The notes: a model not told the origin generated them from the letters alone. Shown: positions 50,280-61,074, counted from the first letter of the whole stretch. The stretch is DNA of 63,916 nt, filler included, from 7 parts of 7 records of this genome joined end to end with filler, not necessarily neighbours in it; one strand, 5' to 3'. Translations and numbers: made by a program.

Positions 50280-51766
50280 CGTGTTTCAACCTCTACTGAC
50301 GACGAGGTATCGGTCTCGACGGTTGGTTCTTCGACTGATTCTTCGGTGTTGATTTCCAGAAGCTCTCTCACGCCATCCATCAGCACAGTTTCGACTTCGG
50401 GAGCCACCTTGGATGCGCGTTGGCTCGTTTCGTAGCCGCCTTGTCCATAGGCTTCCTCGGTTCCGATGTATCCCGGCCCGTAGTCGCCGTACGCTGCCAT
50501 AGCAATTTTAAAGTCTGGTCGCATTGCCTTCGCGGCCAATTGATATTCAACGAATAGCTCGCCGGGCATATGCAACAGACGTACGTCGGCGATCGACAGA
50601 CAACTCAGTTCAACCTTGTGTCCGTTCTGGCAACGCAGCAGCCACGCCAAGTCATCGGGACTGCCCCAATAGTCGGTCGTGTTCCAATCACCCAACTTTT
50701 GTCGCAGTGTATCGGCGTCCAAGTGAGGAGCCGGTGGCAGCGAAACTGGTGTGAACGTCCAGTCAATATCATCTGTCGTGATGGCAAACTTCGTTGTGTT
50801 GTCGGCTGCTTCTTCCATCGCATCCGCGACACGGTGAGCCAGCCTCATGCGGTTGGCTGGCGAACCATCGTTGTACTTGCCCGCGCCAATGTTTCCGCCG
50901 GCACCATTGAAATGAACGTGCAGGACGTCGGGACGTGCCTGCCCGCGAATGAATCGTGCCAGTCCCGGGAAATCGGGGCTGGGGACACCTGTGCGATAGT
51001 AGCTTTGTGGATGACACGCGTAATGCGTGAGTACGGCGAGGGCTTTGTCACCGCTGTAGAATGTCAGCGAAGTCAATTCGGGGTCGATGGTTCCGTCCGG
51101 GGCCGCGATCAATTTAGGATCGCGACAAGCGGTGTAACGGGTCGCGATGACTCGGCCTGTTTCATCTTGGAGACGACGGTTGGATGCGACGTCCTTCACT
51201 TCGGCCGTTCCCCAACCCGCGTGCGTGACTTCCGTCGCACCGTTGATTCCTTCCTTGACCGCATCAGCCAACCGGTTCAAGACTTCGCGTGCAAGCGAAC
51301 TGTCGTAAGGACCCAGGTCGGATTTCCCTGCTTCGTTGACCAATCGTTCGGCGGTAAAATCACAACGAGGTGCATCGTGTTGATGAAGGGTGTGCACAGC
51401 GACTCGGTCAGGCGTTGTGCCGGCGGCCTCTGCCAATCGACCGCGGAATTGGTCGTGTCCCTCGTTTCCAATCCCAATCCAATCAACTGCACACAGCACG
51501 ATTGGATCATCGGCACCGAGCAAGACGATGCCGCGAGCCCGAAGCGTCATTTCTTCGACCCGTTTGACTCGGTCGTAGGCCATCATCGAGCCAACCGTTG
51601 GCGTTGCATCGACATCGAATTTCGCCAACCGGATTTTTGAAGCTTCGTTCACCGGGTTCGAAGCTTGGGCCTGTGCCGACACATTGTTCGGAATGATCGA
51701 CGCGGTCACTATCCAAGCAACCAGGAGATTCGTTACAAGGACGTTCACTGCAGAACGGGATGTCAT
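50276..51766 (-). CDS. Neutral-ceramidase-like secreted hydrolase
   Basis: HTLHQHDAP, YACHP, GAGGNI, PGELFVEY and GGYE motifs; overlaps the start of the heme-protein gene. Confidence 0.7.
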   Translation of the reverse strand: MTSRSAVNVLVTNLLVAWIVTASIIPNNVSAQAQASNPVNEASKIRLAKFDVDATPTVGSMMAYDRVKRVEEMTLRARGIVLLGADDPIVLCAVDWIGIGNEGHDQFRGRLAEAAGTTPDRVAVHTLHQHDAPRCDFTAERLVNEAGKSDLGPYDSSLAREVLNRLADAVKEGINGATEVTHAGWGTAEVKDVASNRRLQDETGRVIATRYTACRDPKLIAAPDGTIDPELTSLTFYSGDKALAVLTHYACHPQSYYRTGVPSPDFPGLARFIRGQARPDVLHVHFNGAGGNIGAGKYNDGSPANRMRLAHRVADAMEEAADNTTKFAITTDDIDWTFTPVSLPPAPHLDADTLRQKLGDWNTTDYWGSPDDLAWLLRCQNGHKVELSCLSIADVRLLHMPGELFVEYQLAAKAMRPDFKIAMAAYGDYGPGYIGTEEAYGQGGYETSQRASKVAPEVETVLMDGVRELLEINTEESVEEPTVETDTSSSVEVETR

Positions 51767-52282
51767 GGTTGGTCTCCGGGCACGTCGCCACGCACTCGTA
51801 GAAAACCGACGAACTCCGCAGCGATCCTTTCAACACAAAAAGACTCAATCGAGATCATGTGTGGTGACAGAGCCAAACTGGGGGAGCTTGGTCGTTCCAT
51901 ACGAGATGGATGGCGATCAGGGGTGGGACTTGAGGCGGGAGCCACCGCTTGAACAAATGGAGTTCCATTGCACATGCGGGCTGGTCTTATAGTAGCAGAT
52001 CGCATCCTACGAGATGGGGCGATGGCCGCAACTTTGCGATTGCCGAACGATTGCTCAGCAGTGAAGGCGAGGTGCGTCATGAACGGACGCTATAGCGGCA
52101 ACGTTGATCGATGAACACGAATGCATCGTCACCCAATGCGAAGGGGCGGCAAGATTGCCGCCCCGATTAGCAGTTGATGACAACTGCATTTGGAATTGGT
52201 GAACATTAACAAGCAGAATCGGCACGTTGATATGGCGATGCCTCAATAAAGTCTGCTCGATCGTTCTTGGAACGTGATCAGA

Positions 52283-53617
52283 TCAGATTAGTTTCGTTTT
52301 GCCAGGGATGGCATAGCTAGGCTCAGGTCGACTTCCGTCCCACTGCAAATCTTTGGGGAAAAGGTCCAGTTCCGACTCATTGGCGACAAAGTCCCACGTT
52401 ACCTTTTTGCCGGTGTAAGCGGCCATGCGACCCATGACAGCGGTCAACGAACTCTTCGCAGTTTCGAGCAACTCGACGATCGGTTCGCCGCTTCGAATCG
52501 AATCGATCAAGTCCTTGTGCTCTTGGCGATAAGCATCCGCGATGCTTCCTTCGAGCTTCAGAGTTTCCTTGCCGCTGCGGTCCAGGAAGGTGGATCCGCT
52601 GCTGCCAGCACCGATGATTGCAAAACCTTTGGTTCCACGAACGGTGCTGCCGTTTTCAGCAGTTGAACCAGGGATTTGGCGGCACATGAACGAAACAGGG
52701 CGTTCGTCGGAGTACATGTAGTCAATCGACATGCTGTCCCACATTTCGCTGTCGTCGGGACGGGTGAAGCGTCCGCCCGAACCGTACGCGCTAACCGGTG
52801 GTCCCTGCATGACCCAGTTCATCAGGTCAATGTTGTGAACCGCTTGCTCAGCGATTTGGTCGCCGGACAACCAGATGAAGTGCATCCAATTGTTGAGTTG
52901 GTATTGGGTGTCGCTGACGCCTTCGGCTCGGTTCTTGTACCAAATGCCTTGGCTGCAGTAACGTGAGGTCATACCGATGATGTCACCGATCTCACCGTCG
53001 TGAATTCGTTTGACCGCTTCCATGTAGTTGGATTGGCGGCGGTACTGTGTTCCGGTGACGATGGCGGTCCCGTTCTTCTTTGCTTCTTCGTGAGCGGCGA
53101 CGCAAATTCGATAGCCGGCGGGATCGACGCAGGATGGTTTCTCAGCGAAGACATGCTTGCCCGCTTTGACAGCTTCGGCGATGTGAGATGGACGGAAGGC
53201 TGGCGAAGTGGTCAAGAACACAACTTCCACTTCTGGATCTTCCAGAACAGCTTTGTAAGCGTCCAGGCCAGAGTGAATGCGATCGTCAGCAACGTTGATC
53301 TTGTCGCCGTGACGTCGAGTCATTCCGGTCCGAAGTCGTTCCGCATTGCCCGGATCCAAGTCCGCAATGGTGACCAATTCGATGTTGTCGTTGATGGAGA
53401 ACGAGTCGTTGACTGCGCCCGTTCCCCGTCCACCCGCGCCGACGATTCCAATTTTGATCTTGCGATCTGGATCGGCGGATGCCGCCTGAGTGTGAACCAT
53501 TCGGCTGGCACCAACCGTTGCCGCCAATGCAGCGGACGCGGATGCACCGCGACGCAGGACTTCGCGACGGGTGGTGGTTGGGTGATCAGAGGTGGTGCGG
53601 TTCAGCTTGTCATTCAT
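52283..53617 (-). CDS. Gfo/Idh/MocA oxidoreductase, Tat-exported
   Basis: TRREVL twin-Arg signal; GAGGRGTGA, FAEKP, WLSGD.I.EQ.VH and AIPG motifs. Confidence 0.92.
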   Translation of the reverse strand: MNDKLNRTTSDHPTTTRREVLRRGASASAALAATVGASRMVHTQAASADPDRKIKIGIVGAGGRGTGAVNDSFSINDNIELVTIADLDPGNAERLRTGMTRRHGDKINVADDRIHSGLDAYKAVLEDPEVEVVFLTTSPAFRPSHIAEAVKAGKHVFAEKPSCVDPAGYRICVAAHEEAKKNGTAIVTGTQYRRQSNYMEAVKRIHDGEIGDIIGMTSRYCSQGIWYKNRAEGVSDTQYQLNNWMHFIWLSGDQIAEQAVHNIDLMNWVMQGPPVSAYGSGGRFTRPDDSEMWDSMSIDYMYSDERPVSFMCRQIPGSTAENGSTVRGTKGFAIIGAGSSGSTFLDRSGKETLKLEGSIADAYRQEHKDLIDSIRSGEPIVELLETAKSSLTAVMGRMAAYTGKKVTWDFVANESELDLFPKDLQWDGSRPEPSYAIPGKTKLI

Positions 53618-53913
53618 ATCAGGCTCACTCGGAAACAATCACAGGGAAGAACTGCGAGACGCAATTCGGAAGGTCGGTAATTCAGGTGGGATGAAGGCAG
53701 AGAAGAATTCAGTGGGAGGGATGGAATGTGGTTGGGAATCGGACGAGGCCACCGGTCATCTTCGGGAGCAAATCAAGCGGTCTTGGTGACCTCGTCCATC
53801 CCATCCAATGGGTCCACAGAATGGACCCATCGAAGTTCAGTTTAGTTGGCGCGTTTCGTTGGGTAGCGTTCGTTTGGTTTGGCCGTTGGGGCGTTCACGT
53901 GATGTTGATTTGC

Positions 53914-54017
53914 TAAGCCGTTATGGCGTTCGTTTCGGTTCCGTATAAGCAAAACCGGGGTTAACGCCGAATGGCACTTACTTCACTCTCCCTCAGGGAG
54001 GGTCGGCCCGCTTCGGG
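53914..54017. repeat. Degenerate palindromic intergenic repeats (Rhodopirellula REP-like)
   Basis: Imperfect inverted repeat GCCGTT.TGGCGTT...CGGTT / AACCG...AACGCC.AATGGC, then a CTCTCCCTCAGGGAGGG hairpin at the contig end. Confidence 0.45.
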
Positions 54018-54117
54018 NNNNNNNNNNNNNNNNNNNNNNNNNNNNNNNNNNNNNNNNNNNNTTAATTAATTAANNNNNNNNNNNNNNNNNNNNNNNNNNN
54101 NNNNNNNNNNNNNNNNN
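54018..54117. other. Artificial contig spacer
   Basis: N44-TTAATTAATTAA-N44. Confidence 0.99.
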
Positions 54118-54164
54118 GTCGTCTTGCCGCTGCCGCTCCATCCGACAAGGCCAAAAATTTTCAT
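54118..54164 (-). CDS. mobB: Molybdopterin-guanine dinucleotide biosynthesis protein B, 5' end (partial)
   Basis: Reads MKIFGLVGWSGSGKT; follows pgsA. Confidence 0.8.
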
Positions 54165-54214
54165 GGGTGAAGTCTAGAGGGCCGGATGGGCCGGACTCAA
54201 GTCATGCATCCGCA

Positions 54215-54847
54215 TCATGCGTCCACGGGGGCGCTTTTACTTGTCGCGCTTTTGCCGGCCGCGCCCATTTTCCGCCGGGCGCGTTCAGCCTCTGCTTCCG
54301 GGGTCACATGCAGCAGACCTGAGCGCAGGTAATCGTAGCCCGTGATCAGGGTCAGGATAGCCGCAGCCCACAGCAGGCCTTCGCCGATCAGCACAGTTGG
54401 CAGCCAGTCGGGACCTGCCGCGCCGACAATGAGAAAGCCGAGCGAGCCGATCTGGAAGGCCGTCTTCCATTTGGCCAGCTTGCTCACAGGCATGCGGACC
54501 TGAATTTCGGCGAGGAATTCGCGCAGGCCGGAAACCAGGATTTCCCGCAGCAGAATGATCAGCGCGGGCAGCAGGCTGTAGCCGGAAATATGGTCCAGAG
54601 CGCAGAGAATCAGCAGCACGGCGCCGACCAGGAGCTTGTCCGCGATCGGATCAAGCAGGCGGCCGAAATCGGAATGCTGGTTCAGCGACCGAGCCAGATA
54701 GCCATCCAGATAATCGGTAACCCCGGCAAAGGCGTAGAGGCCGAAGGCGATCCAGCGGTAGGTGTCCTCGCCATACCAGATGAACCCCACAATCAGGGGG
54801 ATCACAAGGATGCGCGACAGGGTGAGCAGATTGGGGAGGCCGGTCAT
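54215..54847 (-). CDS. pgsA: CDP-diacylglycerol--glycerol-3-phosphate 3-phosphatidyltransferase
   Basis: LPNLLTLSR and DYLDGYLAR..S.FG..LDPIADK motifs; follows uvrC. Confidence 0.95.
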   Translation of the reverse strand: MTGLPNLLTLSRILVIPLIVGFIWYGEDTYRWIAFGLYAFAGVTDYLDGYLARSLNQHSDFGRLLDPIADKLLVGAVLLILCALDHISGYSLLPALIILLREILVSGLREFLAEIQVRMPVSKLAKWKTAFQIGSLGFLIVGAAGPDWLPTVLIGEGLLWAAAILTLITGYDYLRSGLLHVTPEAEAERARRKMGAAGKSATSKSAPVDA

Positions 54848-54922
54848 ATCTCTGCGTCGGTCTGAAGAGTGTGCGGGACGGCGATTCCGTCCTCGTATTC
54901 CATTGTCGAGACGCTACACCAA

Positions 54923-56890
54923 TCAGCCCTCATCATGGAAGAAATCATAGATTTTTTTGGCTACAGTTTTGCTAATTCCGTCGACCGCCTCGAGATCCTG
55001 CAGCCCGGCGCGGGAAACTTCCCTGGCGGAGCCGAAATGGTGCAGCAGGGCCTTCTTGCGCTTGGCGCCGATCCCCGGCACTTCGTCGATCTTCGATTGG
55101 CCTATGGCTTTGGTCCGTTTTGCCCGGTGTGTCTCGATGGCGAAGCGGTGGGCTTCGTCCCGCAGGCGCTGCAGGAAATACAGCACCGGATCGTTGATCG
55201 GCAGGGAGTAGGGAGCGCGCTTGCCCGAGAAGAACCGTTCCCGCCCGGCATCCCTGTCTGGCCCCTTGGCGATGGCGACAAGGGCGACATCCTCGATCCC
55301 GAGCTCGTCGAACACCTCCCGCACGGCTGTGTACTGGCCCTGGCCGCCATCAATCAGCACCAGATCCGGCCAGTTGCCGGAGCTTTTGTCGGGGTCTTCC
55401 TTCAGGGCCCGGCCGAACCGCCGGGTCAGTACCTGCCGCATCATGGCGTAATCGTCACCGGCCTGAACCGGCACATCGCCGTTCTCGTCAGGCTCGACCG
55501 ACTCCGGCAAAGGCGTGTCCGCCGGGACCACATTGCGGATGTTGAATTTGCGGTAGGCGTTTTTCATCAGCCCCTCGGGACCGGCAACGATCATGGCGCC
55601 GATGGAGTTGGTGCCCTGGATGTGGCTGTTGTCATAGACCTCGATCCGCTCCGGCGGGCCGTCCAGATCCAGTGCCTCGGCGAGGCCGTCCAGCAGGCGC
55701 CGCTGGGACGCGCTTTCGGCCAGCCGTCTTGCATGGGCTTCCTTGGCGTTTGAAAGTGCGTGCTCCATCAGCTTGCGTTTGGAGCCGCGCTGCGGGCGCA
55801 ATACTTCGACCCTGCGTTCGGCCTTGGTCCCGAGGGCCTCGGCGATCAGCTCCTGTTCCGGCATGTCGTGGCTGACCAGAACCAGCTTGGGCGGCGGCTT
55901 GTTGTCGTAGAACTGGCCGACGAAAGCGGCGAGGATTTCTCCCGGCTCCATGCTCTTGTCGTGGCTCGGGAAATAAGCCCGGTTGCCGTAGTTGCTGCCG
56001 CCCCGGAAGAAGAACACCTGGATGCAGGCGGAGCCGCCTTCGCCATGCAGCGCCATCACGTCAGCATCCTCGACGCCTTCGACATTGATGTCCTGATGCG
56101 ACTGGACATGGGCCAGCGCCCTGATCCGGTCCCGGTACCGGGCTGCGCTCTCGAAGTCGAGCGCGTCGCTCGCCTCCTGCATGCGCTCGGCGAGCTGCTG
56201 AGAGATCTTCCTGCTGGAGCCGGTCAGGAACGCCTTCGCCTGCTCGATCAGCTCGGCATAGTCTTCCTTGCTGACATAATCGACGCAGGGCGCGGCGCAG
56301 CGCTTGATTTGATATTGCAGGCAGGGCCGGGTCCGGCTGGCGAAGGTCGCATCCGTGCAGTTCCGGATCAGGAAGGCGCGCTGCAGGGCCGTGATCGTGC
56401 GGTTCACCGCACCGGCCGAGGCGAAGGGGCCGAAATAGTCGCCCTTGCGGTTGCGGGCGCCGCGATGCTTCACCAGTTGCGGCCAGTCATGGTCGCCGGT
56501 CAGCAGGATATAGGGGAAAGACTTGTCGTCGCGCAGCAGCACGTTGAAGCGCGGCCGCAGCTTCTTGATCAGGTTGCTTTCGAGCAGCAGCGCTTCGACT
56601 TCGGTATGGGTGCGCGCGAATTCCATGCGGATGGTCTCGCTGACCATGCGAAAGATCCGGTGCGGCAGCTTGGCCGGGAAAGTGTAGTTCGCGACCCGCT
56701 TTTTCAGGCTCTGCGCCTTGCCGACATAGAGCACGTCGCCGGCGGCATCGAGCATGCGGTAGACGCCAGGTGCATTCGGCAGCAGTTTGACCTGCTGCTG
56801 GATCACTTTCACGCCCCGCGCGATATCCGCTTTCGGTTCCGGCGGCGACGCCGGTTCCGGCAGGTCCTGTTCGGGCTTTGTTGTCGACAT
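54923..56890 (-). CDS. uvrC: Excinuclease ABC subunit C
   Basis: [45 protein letters not shown] and HhH. Confidence 0.97.
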   Translation of the reverse strand: MSTTKPEQDLPEPASPPEPKADIARGVKVIQQQVKLLPNAPGVYRMLDAAGDVLYVGKAQSLKKRVANYTFPAKLPHRIFRMVSETIRMEFARTHTEVEALLLESNLIKKLRPRFNVLLRDDKSFPYILLTGDHDWPQLVKHRGARNRKGDYFGPFASAGAVNRTITALQRAFLIRNCTDATFASRTRPCLQYQIKRCAAPCVDYVSKEDYAELIEQAKAFLTGSSRKISQQLAERMQEASDALDFESAARYRDRIRALAHVQSHQDINVEGVEDADVMALHGEGGSACIQVFFFRGGSNYGNRAYFPSHDKSMEPGEILAAFVGQFYDNKPPPKLVLVSHDMPEQELIAEALGTKAERRVEVLRPQRGSKRKLMEHALSNAKEAHARRLAESASQRRLLDGLAEALDLDGPPERIEVYDNSHIQGTNSIGAMIVAGPEGLMKNAYRKFNIRNVVPADTPLPESVEPDENGDVPVQAGDDYAMMRQVLTRRFGRALKEDPDKSSGNWPDLVLIDGGQGQYTAVREVFDELGIEDVALVAIAKGPDRDAGRERFFSGKRAPYSLPINDPVLYFLQRLRDEAHRFAIETHRAKRTKAIGQSKIDEVPGIGAKRKKALLHHFGSAREVSRAGLQDLEAVDGISKTVAKKIYDFFHDEG

Positions 56891-56981
56891 GGCGTCTTTG
56901 TACCTGATCTCATCGATGCCGGAAACGGGATGTGCGAACAAATCTGGAACGGCTGTTATGGTTAACGTACGGCGCCGGACT

Positions 56982-57102
56982 CTATCCCCGTTATTTGTGG
57001 AAAAAGGTGTTGATAACTCTTGTGTGCAAGGGTGTAGGTCCCATTTTCTCTCAGTTTGGACGCTTTGCTCAAAATTTGAGCAAGAGATCTAAGGTATTGA
57101 AA
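56982..57102. promoter_or_regulatory. DnaA-box cluster with Fis-like and IHF-like sites (DARS-like)
   Basis: CTATCCCCG-N5-TGTGGAAAA-N3-TGTTGATAA-N4-TGTGTGCAA (56982-57029); GCTCAAAATTTGAGC 57067-57081; TTTCAA-N4-TTA on the minus strand at 57090-57102. Confidence 0.55.
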
Positions 57103-57297
57103 TATAACAAAAAATATTCTAGAGCACTGATTCTGATCACTATTTGTGACCGAGACGTGACCCATTCATGACTTTCGGGGCTATTAATGCGAAATGTGCA
57201 AAAAATACGCCCTAACGCAGTCGTGGCTTTTCGTGTCCGGCGCACAAGGATAGGGTCGGAAAATAAGTTTTGAGTACATGAGCGAACCAGTTCCCAG

Positions 57298-58113
57298 ATG
57301 ATCAAACCTGCTGCTGAAAATCGGACCGCCCTCGTCACCGGTGGTGCCCGCCGCGTTGGTGCTGTGCTGTGCCGGGGGCTGGCTGCGGATGGTTGGCACG
57401 TGATTGTGCATTTCAATGCATCGCGTGCCGATGCGGATCGGCTGGTGAGTGATATCCACGCCGCCGGAGGCTCTGCCGAGGCCCTGGGGTGCGATCTCTC
57501 GGATGCGGAGGCTGTCACCGGCCTGATAGGCCGTGCGGGCGAGGGGGCGCCGCCGCTGGGCCTGCTGGTGAATAATGCGGCCCTGTTCGAGGGTGACAGG
57601 CTGGAAAGCCTGACGGCGGAACTGATCGACCGGCATTACGCGGTCAATGTCCGGGCGCCGGCGCTGCTTTCGCGTGCTTTTGCCGAAATTGTGGGCAGAC
57701 AGGCGGCGGAGGGAATTGCCCCCCGCACGGATTGCTGCATCGTGAACTTGCTGGACAACAAGGTGTTCGGCCCCAATCCGGATTACCTCTCCTATTCCCT
57801 GACCAAATTCGCACTGCACGGCATGACGCAGATGCTGGCGATGGAACTGGCGCCGGATATCCGGGTGGCCGGTATCGCCCCGGGAGTGACCCTGCCGAGC
57901 GGCCCGCAGACCGAGGAAGAGTTCGCGCGCTCCCAGGCGTCTCTCATGCTCGGGCGCGGCTCGACACCGGAGCAGATTCTGGCGGCGTTGCGCTTCATTC
58001 TCGCCGCGCCGGCCTTTACCGGACAATGCATCACCATCGATGGCGGCCAGGTGCTGCAGGCCATGCCGCGCGATATCGCCTTCATGGGGAATCCGGAAGA
58101 GGGAGGCGGATAG
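57298..58113 (+). CDS. SDR oxidoreductase, pteridine reductase/FolM-like
   Basis: TGGARRVG, LVNNA, YSLTK and IDGG motifs; adjacent to folB. Confidence 0.88.
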   Translation: MIKPAAENRTALVTGGARRVGAVLCRGLAADGWHVIVHFNASRADADRLVSDIHAAGGSAEALGCDLSDAEAVTGLIGRAGEGAPPLGLLVNNAALFEGDRLESLTAELIDRHYAVNVRAPALLSRAFAEIVGRQAAEGIAPRTDCCIVNLLDNKVFGPNPDYLSYSLTKFALHGMTQMLAMELAPDIRVAGIAPGVTLPSGPQTEEEFARSQASLMLGRGSTPEQILAALRFILAAPAFTGQCITIDGGQVLQAMPRDIAFMGNPEEGGG

Positions 58114-58115
58114 GC

Positions 58116-58478
58116 GTGCCGATTACGAATGCAAGGATCCTGCTGGAGAATTTCGCGGTGGTCGCGGATATCGGTATCCACGATTTCGAGCGCGGCAAGC
58201 CGCAGCGGGTGCTGGTCAGCGTCGAAATGGATGTCGATGTCGATCCGACGGGCGCCGCCGACTCGATCGAGCGGGTGCTGGACTATGATTTTGTCCGCAC
58301 CGAGATCCTGGAGTTGGTGGCGCACCGCCGCTTCAACCTGCAGGAAACCCTGTGTCACGCCATCGTGCAGATGATCGCGGAGCGGTCCGCCGTGCGCCGG
58401 GCACGCGTGACCACGCGCAAGCCCGACGTTTACGAGGATTGCGAGGCTGTCGGCTTCAGCCTGTTATATGAGCGCTGA
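58116..58478 (+). CDS. folB: Dihydroneopterin aldolase
   Basis: GTG start; IGIHDFE..PQRV, LDYD, NLQETL and KPDVY motifs. Confidence 0.88.
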   Translation: MPITNARILLENFAVVADIGIHDFERGKPQRVLVSVEMDVDVDPTGAADSIERVLDYDFVRTEILELVAHRRFNLQETLCHAIVQMIAERSAVRRARVTTRKPDVYEDCEAVGFSLLYER

Positions 58479-58483
58479 GCCGG

Positions 58484-59461
58484 TTAGCCGGTAAACAGTT
58501 TCGTCAGGTCGGTGAACTGGCCGATGGTGAAGAGCGCGTAGCCGGCGAAGAACAGCACCGCCAGCGGCCGGCCGAGGGTTTTCAGCCCGAGCGCTGCCGC
58601 AACGAAAACCACAGTCACACCCAGCATGACCCAGATATCGGATTGCATGATCTCCTGCGGGATATCGAGCGGCGTGACAATCGAGACGACGCCGAGGATG
58701 CCGAGCGTGTTGAAAATGTTGCTGCCGATGATGTTGCCCAGCGCGACGTCGTTATGGCGGCGAACGGCGGCGACCACGGTGGTTGCCAGCTCCGGCATGG
58801 AGGTGCCGAGGGCGACCATGGTGATGCCGATCACCGTTTCCGAGACGCCGAGCAGACGGGCCACGTCGACGGCACCGTCGACCAGCAGTTTGGCGCCGAA
58901 GGCCACGCCGGCCAAGCCGATGATGGTGTAGATCGCGGCTTTCAGCAGGCTGTCGGGCAGATTGTCGAACTCGTCCACTTCCTTGGCATGGATGCTGTCG
59001 TCGTTCGCGCAGTTCCGCCGGTCGCTGATATAGCAATAGGCCAGATACCCGATCAGCACGGAGAGCATGATGACGCCGTGCCAGAGCTGGATGACGCCGG
59101 TATGGCACAGGATTACGAACACGATGGTGGAGCCGAGCAGGACCAGACCGTCGCGCCGCAGCGCCGGATCGCCGCAGGCGAAGGGGTAGATCACCCCGAC
59201 GGTGCCGATCATCAGCAGGATATTGGCGATATTGCTGCCGACCACATTGCCGATGGCGATGCCGTCATGGCCGTGCATCGCCGCTTTCAGGCTGACGAAC
59301 AGTTCCGGTGCTGAAGTGCCGAAGGCGATAACCGTAAGGCCGATGACATGCGGAGAGATCTTCAGGATGCGGGAGCCGCCAACGGCACCGCGGATCATGA
59401 TCTCGGCAGCGACCAGCAGAAGCACGAGGCCGCCGATGGCAAGGGCGAGGGGGGCAATCAA
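58484..59461 (-). CDS. Calcium/sodium antiporter (CaCA, YrbG-like)
   Basis: Two alpha repeats GTSAPE..GNVVGSN and GTSMPE..GNIIGSN; probable TTG start at 59461 with AGGGAG RBS. Confidence 0.92.
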   Translation of the reverse strand: MIAPLALAIGGLVLLLVAAEIMIRGAVGGSRILKISPHVIGLTVIAFGTSAPELFVSLKAAMHGHDGIAIGNVVGSNIANILLMIGTVGVIYPFACGDPALRRDGLVLLGSTIVFVILCHTGVIQLWHGVIMLSVLIGYLAYCYISDRRNCANDDSIHAKEVDEFDNLPDSLLKAAIYTIIGLAGVAFGAKLLVDGAVDVARLLGVSETVIGITMVALGTSMPELATTVVAAVRRHNDVALGNIIGSNIFNTLGILGVVSIVTPLDIPQEIMQSDIWVMLGVTVVFVAAALGLKTLGRPLAVLFFAGYALFTIGQFTDLTKLFTG

Positions 59462-59772
59462 GCGGGGGCTCCCTGTTGCATACAATCCGGCAACATATGA
59501 CGACACTCAGCGGACACGGAACTAGCCTTCCAACGATGATGGCCAAAAATGGGTTCGGGACAGGCCCGGAAAGCCCGATCTGGCGAGGGGCATGGGCGAG
59601 CCTAAATGACTGCCCCTAGATATTAGACCTTGGCCTGTGCTTTCAATGGCTTTGATTGATGTATGCCGGATTCGCTGCGCACCGGGCGGTGACAAGAAAA
59701 CCTGAAAAAGGCAATGTTTTACGCCGCGTCCCGGCTGCAGCCCCGTTTTCGGGAGATTTAGCCGTGCAGACG

Positions 59773-60432
59773 TTACCGGCGTCGGCCGGAGCCGCGCCTG
59801 GCTGATTTTCCCTTGTCCGGTTTGCCCCGTGGAGGCTGCACCGGGCCCTTGACCCGGACCACGGCGCCTTTCGGCAGCGGCTTGCCGTCCAGCGTCATGC
59901 CGAGGTCCGCCGCTTCCAGCCGCTTGATTTCGTCCCGCAGGCGTCCGGCTTCCTCGAATTCCAGATCGGCGGCAGCGGCATGCATGGCCTGCTCCAGCTC
60001 GGCGATGACCTGTTTGATGTCCTTGCCGATCAGATCGCCCTCGTCGGAGCCGGTCTCGACCGTGACATGGTCGCCGCGCTCGTAGACGCTTTCGAGGATG
60101 TCGCCGATGCTCTTCTTCACGCTCTCCGGCGTGATGCCGTGGAGCTTGTTGTATTCCTCTTGCCGCGCCCGGCGCCGGTTGGTTTCGTCGATGGCGTATT
60201 GCAGGCTGTTGGTCATCTTGTCGGCATAGAGCAGCACCCGGCCCTCGACGTTCCGGGCGGCCCGGCCGATGGTCTGCACCAGCGAGGTCTTGGAGCGCAG
60301 ATAGCCTTCCTTGTCCGCGTCCAGAATGGCGACCAGCGCGCATTCCGGGATATCCAGCCCCTCACGCAACAGGTTGATGCCGATCAGTACATCGAAGATG
60401 CCGAGCCGCAGGTCGCGGATGATCTCGATCCG
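59773..60432 (-). CDS. uvrB: Excinuclease ABC subunit B, 3' part (truncated)
   Basis: [30 protein letters not shown] and UVR domain [11 protein letters not shown]. Confidence 0.96.
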   Translation of the reverse strand, partial: RIEIIRDLRLGIFDVLIGINLLREGLDIPECALVAILDADKEGYLRSKTSLVQTIGRAARNVEGRVLLYADKMTNSLQYAIDETNRRRARQEEYNKLHGITPESVKKSIGDILESVYERGDHVTVETGSDEGDLIGKDIKQVIAELEQAMHAAAADLEFEEAGRLRDEIKRLEAADLGMTLDGKPLPKGAVVRVKGPVQPPRGKPDKGKSARRGSGRRR

Positions 60433-60532
60433 NNNNNNNNNNNNNNNNNNNNNNNNNNNNNNNNNNNNNNNNNNNNTTAATTAATTAANNNNNNNNNNNN
60501 NNNNNNNNNNNNNNNNNNNNNNNNNNNNNNNN
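60433..60532. other. Artificial contig spacer
   Basis: N44-TTAATTAATTAA-N44. Confidence 0.99.
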
Positions 60533-60988
60533 GTTTCACTCATTCCTGGGCCGTTGGAAGATGGGATTTACACCCTTCGCGTCGTCAATGAGGATTCTAG
60601 CGAACCTTATGAGATTACTTTTGAAGTGATCAATGAATCGCAGATCACGAATTTTTATCCTTATCCGAATCCATTCAGTACGAGTGTACGCTTTGTCTTT
60701 ACGGTGACGGGAATGGAAGTGCCAGATGAAATCAAGATTCAGATTATGACCGTGACGGGAAAAGTCGTCCGGGAGATTTTGCAGAACGAACTGGGACCTA
60801 TCCGAATCGGAAACAACCTGACCGAATACGCTTGGGATGGCAAGGATGAATTTGGCGACCAACTCGCCAACGGTGTCTATATCTACCGAGTTCTAGTCCG
60901 CAAAAGTGGCCAATTCATGGAGCACAGACCGACTGCCGGAGACAAGGCATTTAAGAAGGGATATGGGAAGATGTATTTGTTGAGGTAG
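60533..60988 (+). CDS. 3' end of a T9SS C-terminal-domain protein (PorU/C25-like), partial
   Basis: YPYPNPFS, IQIMTVTGKVVREI, WDGKDEFGDQLANGVYIYRV and GKMYLLR. Confidence 0.8.
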   Translation, partial: VSLIPGPLEDGIYTLRVVNEDSSEPYEITFEVINESQITNFYPYPNPFSTSVRFVFTVTGMEVPDEIKIQIMTVTGKVVREILQNELGPIRIGNNLTEYAWDGKDEFGDQLANGVYIYRVLVRKSGQFMEHRPTAGDKAFKKGYGKMYLLR

Positions 60989-61074
60989 GTTTTAAACTTG
61001 CAGATTAATTGACTGAATGATTCGAGATGCTGAAATTTATGGCATGCCGTATTTTTTCTTAATATATTAGAATT

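Noticed and set aside
9122-60532. Six N-flanked TTAATTAATTAA motifs as biological repeats, and gene neighbourhoods across them
   Set aside because: They are artificial all-frame-stop linkers; composition and taxonomy change at each, so cross-spacer synteny is meaningless.
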